From assembly GCF_000181795.1 (NCBI RefSeq), contig NW_003526945.1:4448680-4510407 (forward strand): a DNA stretch of 61,728 nt, written 5' to 3'. The stretch comes from Trichinella spiralis. Taxonomy: Eukaryota. The position numbers and the translations under genes are program-made. Below the pieces are notes generated by a model that had not been told where the DNA came from, searched no databases, and was given only the letters and a program-made list of their open reading frames with translations. The stretch's first letter is position 1, and every line of letters starts with the position of its first letter. Below, piece by piece: positions 13,498 through 25,610 of this stretch.

Positions 13498-14774
13498 ATG
13501 AAAATTAGCACGGTCGCTTTGTTTTTCCAGTATTTCATTTACATTGCGCTTTGTCAAGCTGGCAGGGATTTTTACAAAATTCTCGGCGTTCCGCGGTCGG
13601 CCAACTTGAACCAAATCAAGAAAGCTTACAGAAAATTGGCCAAAGAGTTACACCCGGACAAGCACCAAGATGACAAAATTGCCCACGAAAAGTTCCAAGA
13701 CATTTCCGCCGCCTACGAGGTGCTTTCCAATCAGGAGAAGCGTCGCCTGTACGACAAGGGCGGCGAAGAGGCGGTGAAGCAGATGGGTGCGCACGATTCG
13801 CACGATCCCTTTTCCAGTTTTTTTGGCGATTTCTTCGGTTTCGGCCAACAAGAGTCCGGCGAGTCGGCCAGAGGTGAAGATGTGGTGGTCGATTTGTACG
13901 TCACTTTGGAAGAATTGTACAACGGCGATTTTGTGCGAGTTGTCCGCAACAAGCCCGTGTACAAAGCTGCGCCTGGATATCGCCAGTGCAATTGCAGGAC
14001 CGAAATGCAAACTGTTCAAATTGGAGCCGGACGTTTTCAACTTTTTCACAAACAAGTCTGTGATGATTGCCCCAACGTAACGGTGAGTTATTTTTTTTAA
14101 TTAATAACAAGGAAAATGTTTATTCTTATCTCATGATTTAATTTTCTACATATTGCGGAAGTACTCAGTTGAGAGTTGCTATATAATGAATGATTTTTTT
14201 TGTTTGAAGGAAATATTCTCAATATCATTATTCTTATTCAGTGTTTGAATTGTTGATTGGTTTGGGCATGGGGGAAATATGATGAATAATTTTACAATTT
14301 AAGATTGTAAATGAAGAGCGTACATTGGAAGTGGAAATCGAAGTTGGCATGGTCGATGGTCAAGAGCAGTCGTTCATTGGCGAAGGTGAACCGCACATCG
14401 ACGGCGACCCTGGCGATTTGCGCTTCCGCATACGGACGCAGAAGCATCCAGTGTTCGAACGTCGCGGCGACGATTTGTACACCAATTTGACAATTTCATT
14501 GGAGAACGCGTTGAACGGTTTCGAATTCACCATTGTCCATTTGGACGGTCACCAAGTGTCGATCAAGCGGGACAAGGTGACGTGGCCCGGCGCCCGGATG
14601 CGCAAATTGAACGAAGGCATGCCGAATTATGAGGACAACCAGAAACGAGGCACATTGTACATCACTTTCGACGTCCAATTTCCAAAAGGGGCGTTGTCAG
14701 AGGAGCAGCGGCAACAGCTGTCGGCTATCTTGCAGCAGACCGAGCTGAAGCCCAGAGTTTACAACGGCTTATAA
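13498..14774 (+). CDS. DNAJB11: ER Hsp40 co-chaperone DNAJB11/ERdj3 (nematode dnj-20-like); exons 13498-14082 and 14304-14774
   Basis: Signal peptide [32 protein letters not shown]-domain with HPD, G/F region, CNC...CDDC, DnaJ C-terminal domain, ends VYNGL. Confidence 0.95.
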
Positions 14775-15691
14775 TATAGCGACGGCAGTTTTGTGCGATT
14801 CGTTCTCTCACATTCGACTGAGAGTGAGAGATAGAGAATGTGGTTGCGTTTTTGTTTTGTTATACAAGAAATAATATTTGCAAATTTTGAAGTTCATTTT
14901 TTGTTTTGTTCAAACGACACTTTCACGCAAATTAGCCATTTCTTTTTTGTTGATTCGATAAAATTCATCTTCCAACTGACTGCAGCTTTGACTTCAACAC
15001 TGAGAAAAACAAACTAACGAACGGGTAATATGCTTTTTTTTCATTCTTTCCTGCATGCTTGCTTTTTCATTTTTTCGTGCAATTTAATGAACTGTTTGTT
15101 TACCAAGTTGGACGTCACTATTCTTACTTTACTTTTGCATCGCAGTTCAAGCATGTCGGTGGAATTGCCAATCAGATAAGGAAATGCAGTTAATTGATTG
15201 GTTCATGTTTGCAGTTACAGTTGCGGCGATCCAACTGTGAAGCACTAACGATTTGTAAACAACAGCATGCTTCTGAAAATATTTACAGTATCTATAAATG
15301 ACAAAGTGTCTGATAATCTCACTCAGTTGGGCGTTGTTAATCGAAATTTAAAGGTAGTTTTTTTTTCTTTACACTCATTCATTCACTTTCAATGAATGTA
15401 ATAATAGTATTGCTGTTGTTCTCCGGTGTAAATTGCATGGAACATCAATCGAGCATATCGAAACAGAAAGGTACATTTCTGTTAGAAAGAAATGAAATAA
15501 TAATAATTTAAAAAATTTTATTTTAACAAATAGTTACATTTATATTAAGTTCATATTTTTCAACTTATATATGGGCATAAATGGATAATATGATATCAGG
15601 TGATAAATATCATATAAATAAAAAATGATTGGTGAAAATGAATTTGGAAGACGATGTCTTCTGATGAGTAACTTTGGAAGCAGAATCACTG

Positions 15692-17047
15692 TCAACAGGA
15701 TGTTGATAGACGATAATCCGCTATGAGTACCAACGAACGATAGAAGAACACTAGGGCTATGAAAACAAACACGTGGAAAATTTGATGCGACTGAAACCAT
15801 GTATCAAATCGTCCGGGCATCAGACGCTCCGGAACACGACAACTATAAATCAAAGCTCCACTGATGTAAAAGAAAGCCATAATGAGAAGCAGGTAAATTG
15901 AACCCATCAGTTCCTCAGGTATACCATACATGTATCGATAGTGCAAACACGGAATAGCAGCCGAAAGACCGTTGAGTATGAAAACCAAGCTTCGGGTGAA
16001 TCTGTGATGCGCGGTCGACAGATCCCCTTTTATTGTTTGAACTGCAGAATGAATTCCAAGTAACATACACAGTACGGCATAAATTATGTATAACCACGAA
16101 TGGCAGTAGAACAGGTAATACAGCCAAGATACAGTCGATCCTGTTATCAGTATAGCTATACCGCAGTGATCTAATTTCCGAAATAGATGCGAAACCCATT
16201 CTGAATGACACACCATCGTATGGAAGGAAGCAGAGAACCCTAGGCAACCCAAAGCACTGGCGAAGTACGGCAGAAAAGGAATTTTTTGTTCCAATTTCAA
16301 TGATGCGCTCGTCATATGCCACTGTGCCAACAAGTACATTATATAAAATGCAATCAGGTGAGACCAGATGTTCCCCGTTTCGCTGTGTATTTGAAATATT
16401 GACAGTAAACAGTCCAATACCGAGAACAACGGTGGCCGGTGTCCGTGCAAAACAAACTCATTTTCTTGAAGCCAAGGTGGCAGCGTGGAAACGTGTGTGG
16501 TCGTCCACGTTGCGCCGCGCACCGCTTCTGGACTGTTCTCCAAACCACCGGCATTATCTTTCGATGCTTCCTTAACTCTGTTTAAATCATCTTGAACTGT
16601 CGGCTCGACAGCTTGTTCAGCCGGTGTCCCTACACTATCTTGACTACATGGCCTCGGTTCCACTACTTGTCCAGTCTCCATAACTCCGGCGATCTCTTTC
16701 GATGCTTCCTTAACTCTGTTTAAATCATCTTGAACTGTCGGCTCGACAGCTTGTTCAGCCGGTGTCCCTACACTATCTTGACTACATGGCCTCGGTTCCA
16801 CTACTTGTCCAGTCTCCATAACTCCGGCGATCTCTTCCGATGCTTCCTTAACGCTGTTCAAATTATCCTGAACTGTCGCCTGGACAGCTTGTTCGGTCAC
16901 CTCCTGCCGACTCAGCTTCTGTTCCACCGTTCGAGCGTCAGCTCCAACCTCCACTGGATCTTCTTTTTCATGCTTCCGTTCACGCTCTCCCTCCTGGTCG
17001 TTGCCACGGACTGTTGGTTGTTCAGCTGAGAAATTTGATGGTTGCAT
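15692..17047 (-). CDS. Adiponectin receptor-like PAQR protein (class I), intronless, with a repetitive acidic N-terminus
   Basis: LPPWLQENEFVLHGHRPP, HSETGNIWSH, SASFH, KLDHCGI, RVPERLMPGRFDTWFQSHQIFHVFV; seven hydrophobic segments. Confidence 0.92.
   Translation of the reverse strand: MQPSNFSAEQPTVRGNDQEGERERKHEKEDPVEVGADARTVEQKLSRQEVTEQAVQATVQDNLNSVKEASEEIAGVMETGQVVEPRPCSQDSVGTPAEQAVEPTVQDDLNRVKEASKEIAGVMETGQVVEPRPCSQDSVGTPAEQAVEPTVQDDLNRVKEASKDNAGGLENSPEAVRGATWTTTHVSTLPPWLQENEFVLHGHRPPLFSVLDCLLSIFQIHSETGNIWSHLIAFYIMYLLAQWHMTSASLKLEQKIPFLPYFASALGCLGFSASFHTMVCHSEWVSHLFRKLDHCGIAILITGSTVSWLYYLFYCHSWLYIIYAVLCMLLGIHSAVQTIKGDLSTAHHRFTRSLVFILNGLSAAIPCLHYRYMYGIPEELMGSIYLLLIMAFFYISGALIYSCRVPERLMPGRFDTWFQSHQIFHVFVFIALVFFYRSLVLIADYRLSTSC
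16561..16894. repeat. 138-bp (46-codon) tandem repeat inside the PAQR CDS, about 2.4 copies
   Basis: Units 16561-16698 and 16699-16836 look identical; a diverged partial unit starts at 16837. Confidence 0.95.
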
Positions 17048-17798
17048 GATTACGAGATTTTGCAAAATGAACTAGAAAAGATAGCCACCGCTCACTCGCA
17101 GCGAAATCTGTGGAATGAAACATGCGTAGTCAGGCGATGGGCCGTAGGCTGGGTAGGACTTTAAAGTTAATTTAAACTATGATGACGTTAAGAAAAGTTT
17201 AAATTAGGTCATAGTTTAAATTCGCTTTAAAACGCCATCAGTTGGAGGCAAGTTCACCCTGCCGCCTGGTGGGGGAACACTAACGGACGCGAGCTGTAAT
17301 TTCTGTATTCACTCCAAAATCGGGTGCTCGATCTCAAATCTCCCTCACACCTTAAAAAATGTTTCACTTACGTCAGGGATGTCGGTATCCAAATGAGTTG
17401 TTTCTTCAATTCAAACAAGGCAAAAGGGAAATTTTGAACGAACAAGAAAATTCAATGAATAATAATTGATAATTTTATATTTAAGTAATAACAAAACAGT
17501 GTTGTTCACAAGATATAAAAAACAATGATGAATGAGTTAATTTGTTTAGAAAACGGTTCGTATCGTTAAGTATTGGAATTTGAATTTTTTTTGCCATGCA
17601 TTGTGAATCTCCATCAGGCAAGTTCACAAAAGTAAATTCTGTTGAAGGGAAATAATTTTTCACAACAAAAAAAGCACAGAATGAATTTCACAAATTCAAT
17701 AATAATCATTGATTTTAGTGGCAAGATAATTTCCACAAATAAGAAGAAAAGAGGAATAAAATGAATGAATGAATGAATAAAACGGAGGTTACAATTGA

Positions 17799-19463
17799 TC
17801 AACCATTTTTCCGTATGACGCTTTCTTGATAGGATGAAGCCAGCAGAACGCCTTCACGAGACCAAATTCGACTATGAGCAAAATGATGATTGCCGACTTG
17901 AATGTTCATTGTCAAAGTGGAGAAGAAGAAAAAAAGCAAAATTAACAAATAAGAAGAAAAAATGACGTTGGGAAAGTGAGATAAAATTGAATTAAAATTT
18001 ACTGGATGATTGGAGCGAGCATTCGGATAAATTCCAAGCGTTGAAGTCCATCTTGCAGCGGTGGAACCAGACCGAATGGTCGACCGGAAGCACGGACAAA
18101 TTTTCACCGTGCCGGTGCGATTTCAGAGCCAACGAGAACAGCAAACTGTACGTAACCTGCGCTGCTAGACAACGATTGAAAACCAAATCGGGTTCTGAAA
18201 ATTGAAATCGAAACGGAAATATTTTCATAAAAAAAGACAAAATTTATTTTTTGAAATTTCATTACGACTTGGCAACTGTTGGCACTTAATCCACAAAAAT
18301 TCCAACGGCGCCTTGTAAGCATCGAGCGGCTGATTTGGAAGAATAACTGACCTTTTTTCGAAACATCCCGAAACGCATCCCAGCACTGGTAACGACTGCT
18401 TTTTCCCATTTCTGAATTTGAAACTGATATTAATTAGCGGAGAAAAAAAATATTTCTTCCCGACACCGACGCTCCCAGTACCTGACAATTTCCACCGACG
18501 GATCTGTGGAATTTTCAGAAAAATCCGGAAAAGACACATTCGGAGGATCGGACTGATGTTCCACTGATTCTGCAGCTTGCTGTATTATATATTATCATTT
18601 TTAAAAAAATTCCAATTTTAAACAAACAAACGAAACTTGGAAGATAACATAAGTTACATTTTTCAAATAATACAATTACTGGCAACAACATTTCATTTTT
18701 ATCATGTTTACTGTATTGATTAGGCAAATAATTTCTGACCAACCTCGTGAAACGATAACTGAGCAGTAAATATGCATTGACCATCTTGAACTGCTTCGAC
18801 AGAACGAACGCTGAAACTTTTGCCTTGTCGAGGTCTGTCGATCAAGTACAAAACTGGCCTTGACGCGTTTCCTGCAAAAAAAAGCAATTGGATTAAAAAT
18901 TAAAAATTCATTTTTACAATATACCCTGCTTCAAAAAATGGCACTGCATGCTGTGCACATGAAGCTGTTCATTGACAGTTTGTGAAGCGGCGATAATTGC
19001 ATGGCTGATAAATTGGCCACCATATATGATATCACTGTTAAGTAGAGAAGAAACTGAATTTGTACTTCTGCAAGAAAAACAAAAATGACAATTAACACAC
19101 CAACAACACATACACACACACACACACACACATGCATAAATACGAAGATTTATATCGAATCCTACTAACTGCAGTAAAATGTATTATTCTTACTTTTGAA
19201 AATCACAACGGCAAACAACTTAAAATTTTATTTTAACAGTAAAGAAAAGTACTAAATGTACTATTATATTTCATTAAATTACAAAATGTGTGCCACTGAA
19301 CGTTACTTGAAAATGAACAACAAAAATCTTTTATAAAAACATTGCTTCATGAAAAACCATAATCATACCTATATAAATTAGAGTCAATTTTTTCCACATT
19401 AAAAACCAAATTAAGCAGACTTTCTGCAGAATTTGATGCAAATCGTCGAATGTTGCGAAACAT
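17799..19463 (-). CDS. Acyl-CoA thioesterase II (ACOT8/TesB) family protein, about 7 exons, catalytic residues altered
   Basis: MFRNIRRFAS..VEKIDSNLYR / IYGGQFISHAIIAASQTV..HVHSMQCHFLKQG / PVLYLIDRPRQGKSFSVRSVEAVQDG / DHSVWFH / RIWSREGVLLASSYQESVIR, a double hot-dog fold signature. Confidence 0.85.
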
Positions 19464-20918
19464 CCTAAAAATTACTTTACAAATAGCAACTCTTAATCTA
19501 CAAAAACTGTGTTTTAATAATAATAATCACGTACAATTATAGGATCCGTACTGAATTATTTTTTAAACAAGTAACCAAATATTAGTTAAATAAGCACCAA
19601 AAACGTACTCACACAAAAATGTAAAACTTCTTTCATTCGAATTTATCATTTTGGATAAATTAAGATTTTGAACAATAAATACATTAATAGGCAATAAAGA
19701 AGACAAGAAACTTTTATGATCATTGTAAATAAGTAATAAAATGCAATTGTTGCCATTATTCATTGATTCTCTAGTGCAACAATTAATATGCTTTTTAAAG
19801 ATTTGTTTGTTGTTGTAAAAATTAGTTTAAGAATTCAATTAACCTTCAAAGTCAACATACTGTAGAATATTATCAAAATATATTTTACTGTCAGTTTTAT
19901 GTGATAGTTTTTGTTGAAAAACACAAAATTGTTTTTTTGTCATTTAAACACAACTTTTTTTAAGTCGATTTAAGTGTTTTTCAAAATTTTCAGCCTCTTC
20001 AACAGTATAGTCAGTGAAATTTTTTGTCATAGCATTATTCTTGAAAACTGGCTGTTTTTTTATTTGTGCTTTTTACATTTCTTATAATATATGGGACGTT
20101 ATTTCACTTTTCGAGGTTTGTACTGAATTTTTGGCAATCAGCGCTAAAGTTCCTTTGGGAGCAGAGCATGCATAAATAAAAAGTTTGAAAATTGTTTTTA
20201 AATTAGATACTGTAGAAATATCATCTAGAAGTTTTTGAATGTTAATCTTGTGCAATATTTTCTGAAATCTCAGTTAAAATTTTCTTTAACTTAAGCATAT
20301 TGAAAAACTCTTTTCTATTGTCAAGCAGTACTGCGGTAAATTATTATTTTTTAAGATATTTTAAAAATGCTTATTTTGTAATATATGAAAAATTATTTTT
20401 CATCATTCACTTTCATCATAAAATTTAATTTACATAAACAGACACATTTACATATATATACATTTCAATATTTTCATTTGTTGCCTGTACAGAGTTCTGT
20501 GAAATATTAATGCTGATTGTTGGAATAAAGTTGTCGTTGATGTCGTTAGCGCATTTTATCACAGTGTGCATGAATGGACGATTTAAATTCTTGCCAGTTT
20601 AAAAGCTGTTTTTTTATTAAACGGGCTATTTAATATTTCAGAATGATCAATTGAAATGCCAATTGTTGGCAATTTGTTTTTTTTACTTGTTGTGAGTGAT
20701 TTTGCTTTACAGAAAATTTATTTTTTTTGCACCCGATTTATTCTGTTTTCAATTTTATTATGCAATTTCTGCAAGTATGCTTTTATTTTGAATTTGAACA
20801 TCATTTTCTCTAGTTTGGGGCAATAAATTTTTGTTTCTCTGGTTGTACAATAATAAACTGGTCGATTATGATATTTTTATTTTTGATTAGAATTATTTTC
20901 CAAATACACTGGCTCAGA

Positions 20919-23787
20919 ATGAATCAAACAAGCAACTACTCTGCATGTAATGAAAATGAAGACAATCTAACCGCAACAACTTGTCACTTCATGGAACATA
21001 CGTTGGAGATTGAGGCAAATAAATTTGAAGAATCTAGTGAGTTTAATATATTCATTCAGTTGGGTTAATGATAATAATTGACTTTTATTTTAATGGAAAA
21101 TCAAGTTAAATTTCAGATTTCAATGATGAACACGAATTTCCTATTAAACGTTGCTACACCGGTCAGCAGAAAAGCATGATTGCCATTTTAGCGGGAGCAA
21201 ATTTGTCCAGCACAATTGCTTATTCATTCATTGCACCATTTTATCCTTTGGAGGTAGGCTATGATAGCTTGCACTGAGATAATTATTGTTGAATAACTTG
21301 TTGCATCTTTTTCTTTCAGGCTAGAAAGCATTATGTCGGCAAATTGGCTGTCGGGGTAACGTTGGGAATTTATGAATTGGTGATCTTTTTACTTTCTCCT
21401 TTACTGGGCTCTTTCGTGAGTATTTATTATATTGAACTTTTTTTTGAAATATCAGAATTACAGCGTTAGTAATGATTATTATTTTGCGTTGCATGCATTT
21501 ATGATAATTTAAAATTCAAACGTACAAATAATATTATAATTGAATTGTTTATTTATTAATCCGAAGTTAAATTCATCATTTCCGTTTTATTCATTGCGAA
21601 TTCTTTTACAATGAAGATGTATTTCGTTGGCCCTAAACTGCAGTTTAACATGGGTTTGTTTGTACTTGCGGTCAGCACAATTTTATTCGGGTATGTTAAA
21701 TTTTGTTTTTTAATTCCTAGTCCACTTTCGGTTTGATATTTGAATTTGAATATTTTCTTACTATCTTTTTTCGCAAGTCAAAACGCTGATATTCAGATAT
21801 TAATCTAAATTAATATATTATTATGCTGCTGCTGAAGACAAATCATTTCATAAACATGTATGAATAAAATCTGGGCAGCTCAATGTAGAAAATCTTTTTG
21901 TGAACATTGATTTTTTACTTAATTATTAAAATCCTTTAATTTTTGACGTTAATTAATCGACAGTTTTAATGTTGAATGTTGTTAATATGGTAAAAAATGA
22001 AAAATGTTATTTTTTCAAATGCACAGACTGTTGAAATGGTCACCGCCAAATGGTACATTTGTTACTTTGTCGATTGCAGTTCGCGTTGTTGAAGCTCTAG
22101 GAAATGCGGCATTTTTAACAGCATCATTGGCGCTTGCAGTGCAAACATTACCGGACAATTTTGCAAGCATTATTGTTTGTTTAATTTGAATAAAAGCTGA
22201 GATAAAATTTTAATTCCACTCCATTTTTCAGGGAGTGTTGGAAACATTTTCTGGCATTGGGTATACTGTAGGACCGCCGCTTGGAGGATTTTTATACGAC
22301 GTTGTTTTCTTGTTTCAAATGTTATTAATTTGTGTAAATTTTAATTTCTGTTTTTCAGCTTGGTGGATTTGATTTGCCATTTTGGTCACTTGGAGTTGTT
22401 TTGATTTTTACTCTCATTTTGTCTTTATTAATTATTCCAGAACAACATGGTAAGCAGAAGTGGAACTTTTTTTTTCTCTTTTTACCATTTAAATGGATGA
22501 AGTTATGAATTTTATTTTTAAGACAATGCAAGACGTGGACAACTTCATATGACTTCATTGTTGCGCGTTCCATTAGTACTTGTTGAAATAATCAGCATTA
22601 CATTTACAGCAGCATCCATGTCATTTATCGATCCTACTTTAGAAGAGCATTTGAAAGAAGTAATTTGAAACGATATGTTCAATTATATGATGAAGCTTAA
22701 TATTTGTTTATTTGAAGTTCAGCATGTCCAGCTTGAACATTGGACTTATGTTTTTGATTACTGGCGCTGCTTACTGTATTTCAGCTCCCCTATGCGGCTA
22801 TTTCATCGATAAACTAGTATCTAACGTTTAAATACTCCACAAATAATTTGCTATTTTGAAGCAATTATTATATTTAAAATAATACACAACGAAGGTAACA
22901 TTATTCATGCATGAAATATGATGTTGTATAATGTTGAATATTAAAAACGGTACTTTTTTTCAATAGTTTCCTTTAAATATTCTTATGAATTTGATTTTTA
23001 GTTTAATATTTCATTTTCAATTTTTTCCTACATTTTAGAATGTTTCATGAAAGTGTTCATTTAGAAGTGCCCAATGACTTTCATGGTTGCCGGAAACATT
23101 CTCGCTAGTGCAGGCTTTTTTATCATTGGACCGTCTCCTTTGATGAAGGCAACAAAGTAAATATAATAATATTAATTTGTTAGAGTGCATTATATAAATA
23201 AGCATACATATATATTTGTTTTAAGTAAATGTAAATATAAAGTATGTAAAAAGAAAGCTGTTAAATGTTATTATATTACTTAAAAGTACTGTTTTTATAG
23301 ATCAATTCTTTTGATGTCTGTTAGCCTTTTTTTGATTGGAATTTCGATGGCTTTGATGCTCATTTCACATTTCAATCTGTGTCTTCAAGCAATAAAGTTG
23401 GTTTGAAATGTTTTTTTTGCGTATTTCGTTTTGTATTACTGAGCACAACAACACCCTAATTTTAACAGGAGTCAAGGGTACGCTGATGTGGGTGATGCAT
23501 CTGGAATTATATCTGGTATTTTTAATGCAGCTCTATCTCTTGGGTAATTAATTAAATTGAAAATTTGGCAATAAATTTGAGCAGTTTAATTTTCAGGGCT
23601 TTTGTTGGTCCGACGGCCGGAAGTCTGTGCGTCGAGTACGTTGGCTTTTCGTGGACAACAACTTATTTATGTGGTTTGCATTTGATTTCAGTATATTAAT
23701 TTACTTTTATTTATACGTAAAATTTCATATTTTTTTGAATATCTTGTATAGGCTCTGCTGCATACGTTGTATTACTTTTGTTGTTAA
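20919..23787 (+). CDS. MFS transporter, SLC18B1-like (about 14 exons; ends approximate)
   Basis: Exon peptides AYSFIAPFYPLE, GVTLGIYELVIFLLSPLLG, VRVVEALGNAAFLTAS, GVLETFSGIGYTVGPPLGGFLYD, GGFDLPF, FIDPTLEEHL, SGIFNAALSLGAFVGPTAG. Confidence 0.85.
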
Positions 23788-25226
23788 CGAGTACAACGGA
23801 TGCAAAGAAAATGTCAATTCTGCATTTTGGAAAAGGGATGAATTTGGACAGGCACAATCAAAAAACAATTTTTATTGTTTTCTGTGGTGGTAATTCTTTA
23901 AAAAATATAATTAAACATCAAACTTGTGGAAATTATGAATCATTTGACTAAAGCATATTGCGCAAGTTGTCTATGTTAAATTATTTTCATTTAGAATGAA
24001 GCGGAAAATGTTGATGATTCATAATACCAATTTGAAATGTTTTGAAATTGATATTAAAAAATATCATTCAAATTAACATTTGAATTAAATTAATTTTTGC
24101 ATTGTTGCTTAATTGTTCTGCATTTCTAGTGATTATGAGAAAGCGAATATTGTGAAATTTACAAATTAATGCATCAGCCAATGCGAGTTGTTTTCTTTTT
24201 CTTATCAGAAAGTGTTCTTTTGGCATATGAAATTTGAAGATTTTCAAAAATTTTTTCTCTGACGCAGTCGGATGAAGAATAAAAGGAATGAACAACTGAA
24301 AAACTGTCAACTTTACATTAGCAGGTACGATGGCAATTTATTCATATTTTATTTTTTCATTTTCTAAATCATTTTATTTACGTTCAGACGTATCCTTTAC
24401 ATTCAATTCCGCAAATTTTACACTTTCTCGAAAATTAAGTTTAGCATTAAAATTATTTTCATTATAATTTTTCTTGAAAATACAATGATGAAACTCATCG
24501 AATAACATTTCTGAACTTCAGTAGTATGTAAAGTAGTCATAACAGTGTTAACAGTTACTAAATAAGCTAATTGTCCTGAAACGTTCTTCAAAGTACACTG
24601 AAAAATACGTTTCGTTTTAAAATGCGCATTAAAATTGCCAAAGGTAGGTTAATTATCATAATTAAACATGGAAGCATAACGATTAGGCTAAATTGAAGGT
24701 ACAAGAGAGTTGCAAGGCAGAGCTTTCCGTATACCACCATACTGTTCTAAGCCCGCTACACGATGCTGTTTTAAATGTAAGCACTTATTACGAAGAAGTG
24801 CAGTCGCAGAGTCATAGTTGGTTCATTTCAAGACCATCACGAAACATGGCTGCATGATAATTAGAGTAAATTGCAGGTATTAGAAGATTGAAGCGATCTA
24901 ATCAAACATGTTAATATGATTTTAGCGGAACAGAATCAGCAGTTATGAGGCACGGAAAGAACGCACACTGAAAGACGAATAAACAAATTTCATCAAAATT
25001 ATTTATACTTCTAGAGGTATGTCAAGATATTTAACTTCGACGCGATGAAATTGTTTGTATTTAAATATCGCCAATTAGGATGTGTTTCCGTAAATCTGAA
25101 TCCATATTCACGTTTCCTTCATGATTGCTTTCATTCCAACAATACGTGAGATGTGATGAATTCTCCTCATATTTCTTTGCTATACTAGAAGTTGCTATTC
25201 AGTGGATATTAACAAAACTTCATCTA

Positions 25227-25610
25227 TTCAAGTTCACTCAACCAGTTCAAATTGATTTTGTTGGTAATAATATTATAATATTTGTGCATGCTAACAACGG
25301 CTTTCAAACAGTTCAAGTTGTTTGAGTTGAGTTTTATGGTATGAGTGAGTGCACAGTAACGCAAACTTTCAAAGAGATCAAGTCGATTGAGTTGGGCATT
25401 ATAGTATAAATTCATGCTTACAGAAATTTTCAAACAGTTCAAGTTGATTGAGTTGAGTTTTATAGTATGAGTGCATACTAACGCAAACTTTCCAGCAATT
25501 CAAGTTGATTGAGTTGATCATAATTTTATAATATTTGTGCATGCTAACAAAGACTTTTAAATAGTCCGAGTTGGTTGAGTTGATCATAATTTTATAATAT
25601 GTGTATGTCA
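25227..25610. repeat. Degenerate minisatellite, about 6 units of 60-66 bp
   Basis: Recurring ttcaagttgattgagttg...tata...gtgcat(g/a)ctaac...tttcaaacag units. Confidence 0.85.

Noticed and set aside
14970..15480. Exon-like fragments with GT/AG signals downstream of DNAJB11
   Set aside because: No sustained reading frame or recognisable product could be assembled.
19107..19131. (CA)n tract and other short microsatellites, e.g. (TAT)n near 37787
   Set aside because: Ordinary intronic simple repeats.
25227..25610. Possible CRISPR-like repeat-spacer array
   Set aside because: Eukaryotic context, the 'spacers' are homologous to each other, the repeats are degenerate, and there are no cas genes.
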